64,000 nt of DNA, from the NCBI RefSeq assembly GCF_018350175.1, contig NC_058368.1:218490001-218554000 (forward strand), written 5' to 3'. The translations under genes were made by a program, and so were the position numbers. The notes under the pieces were generated by a model. It had not been told where the DNA came from, did no database searches, and was given only the letters and a program-made list of their open reading frames with translations. How positions within the stretch are numbered: the first letter of the stretch is position 1; the number at the start of each line of letters is the position of its first letter. This DNA comes from Felis catus. Taxonomy: Eukaryota. This document shows, one piece after another, positions 59,721 through 64,000 of the stretch.

Positions 59721-62700
59721 AAGAATAAAAGTACAATCAGTACTCCAAACTTAAAAATAAAATAGTAATTAATTTTAAGTATGAAATTTAAAAAAAAACT
59801 GAAAGGTTACTACTTATAACAATATATAAAACCCTGGACCTAAAATGAAATGCCCTTTGAGAGAATTACAATAAACAAATGAAACCAATAAAGAAATGAG
59901 TTACATGATAAAATATAAATGAACATTATTTTTTGAATTGCTACTACTTAAAAGAAGAAAATCCTAAATAATTTTCAAATGATAGGAGTTAGGACCTGTC
60001 TATTCACAAAAGAATAACAAATTCTTAGTGAAAAAAATGAGTTTCATTACCTATTAAATGGGCTAATATATTGAAAACATTCAGTATAGACCAATATTTG
60101 GGAAAAACTATTTTCAAAATTTATAATTGGGCTGTTGATTGCTAAAAATGTTTTTTAAGGCCATTTGGTTGTTCCTTTTCCACTTTTAAAGTAATTCTTT
60201 GCCAACCAAATATTGCCTTTATTTATGAAATATCAAATTTAAAAAGATACATGTGAACAAGAATTTAAACTCCTAATTATAGATGGAAAGGACGTTAAGT
60301 AAAATAGTTTAACAATTTCCTTTGAAATTTCCTTTCTATATTGTAAAAATATAATAAATATATTTAAATATATATTTTAATATATAATCAAATAGACATA
60401 GAAATGCAATGTAAAGGAAGTAATAAAAGTCAGGTTCCACTTATGAAATCAATAGAAAGAGTCAAGTTGCCAAGGATTAATAATTAAATCAACCTGTACA
60501 GGGAGATCTCAACTTACAATAATAATGCCAAATTAATCATTTACTGTGCTGCCATAAAAACTGAAAAGGAAAATTAAAATATAGGGTTTTTTTTCCAATC
60601 AGACACTCCACACAGACAAAATATCCCATTTACTGTAGATGACTGAGTATGTTTTATGAATTTGTGATGAAAGGAAACATCAGAAGGGGTTAATGAAAGT
60701 TCAAGTCTATGGAAGTAATGAAAGACCTGGGAATATAATTACATTAATTTTTAGTGAAATATATCTATCAATCTTGACTTTATTTTTACATATGAATTTT
60801 TTTCCTTGAGGTTTTAGCAGTTATTTCAAGCCTAAACTTTGACAATTGTATACATCCTGTCATTTGTTGTAAGCTAGATGTGTCTTCTTTATAATATTAT
60901 TAAAAAAATAGTTTTTTAGCTTAATGTAGTAAATCTTCTCCAAGTAATATTCCTTGTTCAAAATATTTTGAAATAACAGAAAAAAAGCAGACAAGTCTGC
61001 CCTAAAGGTTTAGGTAGACAAATTCATGATATCATCATCATGTTCTTTATGAAATGCTTTCATAATATGATACAGCTGGATGGAAGTTGAACACAAAAGG
61101 AACTTGATTACTTATATTATTCTGATTTTCTAAACAGATGTTTCCCTGTGGTAAATCACATTTTAATAATAGAGAAGGAAATGGAAAAATGTAATATTTC
61201 AAGATAAGTCTCTATTACTTACCAGAAATTCTGCCAAAATCATTTTCATCATTTCAAAATGTTTTACCTTGAAATTCATTCATTGTACAAATATTTGCAT
61301 CATCACTAAACACCATTATTGACTTACAGAACTGTCTATATTATACATTTGAATCACTTATTAATTCAACAGCTAATCATGATTAACTTCAGGTATTTTA
61401 TGGACAGAATTACAAATCGTAAGACATAGTAAAGTAATTAATGGAAATGAAATTAAAGGATTGAGAAGTATTCTAATAAATAGTAACATGTAATTATTTT
61501 AAATATTCCCTACACATCCTTACCTTTCGATTATTGCCCTAAAATAAAGATACCTGGAAAGGGTACTCCTATTAATTTTCTTTATTCTAAACGTTTTGAA
61601 AGTCAAAAATAAAACAAAGAATATTTTCAATACTAAATAAGGGATATAGTTTGGCTTAGAATTAGCATGCAATTGGCACGATTATCCAGAAAATGCAGGC
61701 ATAAAAATGTAGGCCTTTATTTTCTGGTAAACGGAACTCTAAAAGCACACATTCCAGTGCTAGGACAAATGAGAAATTTCACTTTTTCCTAGTACATTTG
61801 TTATATATCCAACCTTTTGGCTGAACTCTATTATTTCTAAAGAGAAAGAAATGCTCATAGTTTCAATGGACAAAATCACAAATATAATGAGAGTTTTATG
61901 TTTTACCCTGTATCATTAATCATAATTTAATTATTTTAGTGATTTCCTAGGACATCCAATACAATATCCAACAGAGTTCTAAGAATGGGTATTGTGATTT
62001 TTCCTGTTTTTAAGAGGAATATTGCTAATGTTTTATGATCATATACAATAGTCAACCACACACACACTTACCCCAATCCATACAACTGTTAGACCACAAC
62101 ATTGCTAACTGAAGCTTTGTTTTTTTCCCAACTTTCACCATGAATGTTCAATTACACAGTATAACAGTATATCTCTTTTGACCTCGAGATATTTCAGCTT
62201 ACTGGCGTTTCTTCTTTATTTCCACTTTGTCTTCATTTTTTCTAATCTATTTTAGCATTTCTTGTCCATGATTCCAGTAATTTTCTTTACTAATGTACAA
62301 AATTCTTACCCTCTCCCTGGCTTTTTCCCAAATTCTGCCTGTAAATTTCAAATCTATATGTTTCCAAGTCTTTGCCTGTACTTATGTTCAAATAATTTAA
62401 TATTGATGTAAGGGGTCACATGAAAGTTTTGATATTTTCTACTATAAATCCAGAACAGGCACACTTACATTGTCCTACAGCTTTGGTAATGATGCCTACT
62501 ATCTTTATCCGGCCAGGCCATTTTTTTTCCACTTTCTATAGCAAGTTTTCAAATACCACCTAGTTTTATCCAACTTCTATTTTCCCAGATCTCCACTCTT
62601 GATCACAACATACAACCTCATAAGAAAAATAAAGCCTTCAGAAACTTGCAAATCTTGTTTCCTATCATATAAATCTCACTACATTCATATTCATCTTACT

Positions 62701-62974
62701 CTCTTCTCTTGTTATAAAAGAACTGACCTCTACCCAGAATTTGGATTCCACTCCTTCTTACTCTTCAAGAAATTTTCCATACTGGTGTCCTATAACTTTG
62801 ACAAGGCACTGTAATAGTCCTCTTATCTTCTGTAAATAAATTGTAGCTTTTGTATTGTTTCTCAATTTTTATTGCTTTTTAAAAAAATTATGTATGTCTT
62901 GTTGTTTTGATAACTAAGATATTGGTTACAATATTGAATTGAGGCACTGAAAAAGTGAATTTTATTTATCTTGT

Positions 62975-63330
62975 ACAGTAAATGGGCATCATTGTAGTAT
63001 TCACCAAGAAGATGTAATATTTATAAACATACGCACCTAACATCAGAGGTCTAAAATATATGCAGAGAACTTTGGCACAATTCAGGGGAGAAAAGTTTTC
63101 ACAATAAAAGTTGGACACTTCAATACCTGACTTTCAATATGGATAGATCAAGATTGAAAAGCAATAAGAAAATAGAGGACTTGAATAACACTCTAAGATG
63201 ACTATAGCTAACAGACAAACAGAACAATCTTCCCAACAAGCGTAAAGTACACACTTTTCTCCAGTGCACATGGAACATTCTCTAGGATAGACCATAAGTT
63301 AGGCAACAAGTGTTAATAATTTTCAAAATA
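62975..63330 (+). mobile_element. L1M ORF2 endonuclease-domain fragment
   Basis: Frameshifted matches to APN, VGHFNT (GDFN) and YTLFSSAHGTFSRIDHKLG. Confidence 0.88.
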
Positions 63331-63344
63331 CCAATTCAGATGAA

Positions 63345-64000
63345 TACTATCAAAAAAAACCCAAACAAACAAAAAAAAAGAAACGAGTTTGTCAAGGATG
63401 TGGAGAAATGGGAATGTTTATGAATTTCTGGTGGGAATGTAACCAGTATAGCATTTCCTTAAAAAAATAAATATAGACCTACTAAATGATCCAGCAAATA
63501 TATACCCAAAAGGCAGTAGTGACTTAAACAGATATTTGTACACCAATGTTTATAGTAGTATTACTCATAGGAACCAAAAGGTGAAAATATCCCAAGTATC
63601 CATTGGCAGGTGAACAGATAACCAAAATATTATATATATGTGATATACATATTACTTAATTCATTTTTCTTAATTCTTTTATATATATCATACACACACA
63701 CACACATACACTATGGAATATTTTTCAGACTTTAAAAGGTATTAAATTCTTATACATGCTACAACATGGATGAACTTTGAGATATTATGCTCTGTGAAAT
63801 AAACCATACAAATAAGGACAACAGGTGTATAATTCAACTTATATGACATACCTAAAAAAGCCAGATTCTTAGACAGTGGAATATAGGTTACTGGGATTTG
63901 GGACAGTTTAGGGAAAGTATTGTTTAATCATTTGATTGATAAAAATGTTCGGGAAATGGATAGTAATGTGAATGGGCTTATGACACATAATTATACAGTT
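63345..64000 (+). mobile_element. L1MB-type 3' region, runs to window edge
   Basis: CAAGGATGTGGAGAAATGGGAA...GATCCAGCAA...CATGCTACAACATGGATGAACTTTGA. Confidence 0.85.

Noticed and set aside
1..64000. CRISPR array, prokaryotic defence system or non-retroviral endogenous viral element
   Set aside because: No regularly spaced repeat-spacer array and no long ORF or recognisable viral motif; a very decayed element can only be excluded by TBLASTN/BLASTX

Overview
AT-rich (about one-third GC by eye), CpG-depleted mammalian DNA, almost certainly from a cat-family (Felidae) genome. It carries about 35 tRNA-derived Can-SINEs, one of them a young SINEC_Fc-type copy with CpGs intact, plus carnivore-type L1 3' ends. 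Older eutherian repeats include L1M fragments, L2, MIR, MLT1 and MER34-like LTRs, and MER82 and MER58 DNA transposons. No intact protein-coding gene, RNA gene, CpG island or prokaryotic system is supported; the longer ORFs come from SINE, L1 or microsatellite sequence or have no recognisable product. The window looks like deep intron or gene desert. The most notable observations are: (1) a 731-bp class II-like solo LTR with a perfect 6-bp TSD and seven co-oriented forkhead cores; (2) a candidate 25-nt microexon at 50167-50191; (3) a 67-nt near-perfect hairpin at 31816-31882; (4) several closely spaced inverted or nested SINE pairs; (5) two independent insertions into the same site of L1 3'UTR copies. 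Repeat family names come from recalled consensus similarity, not a database search, and boundaries of old elements are approximate.
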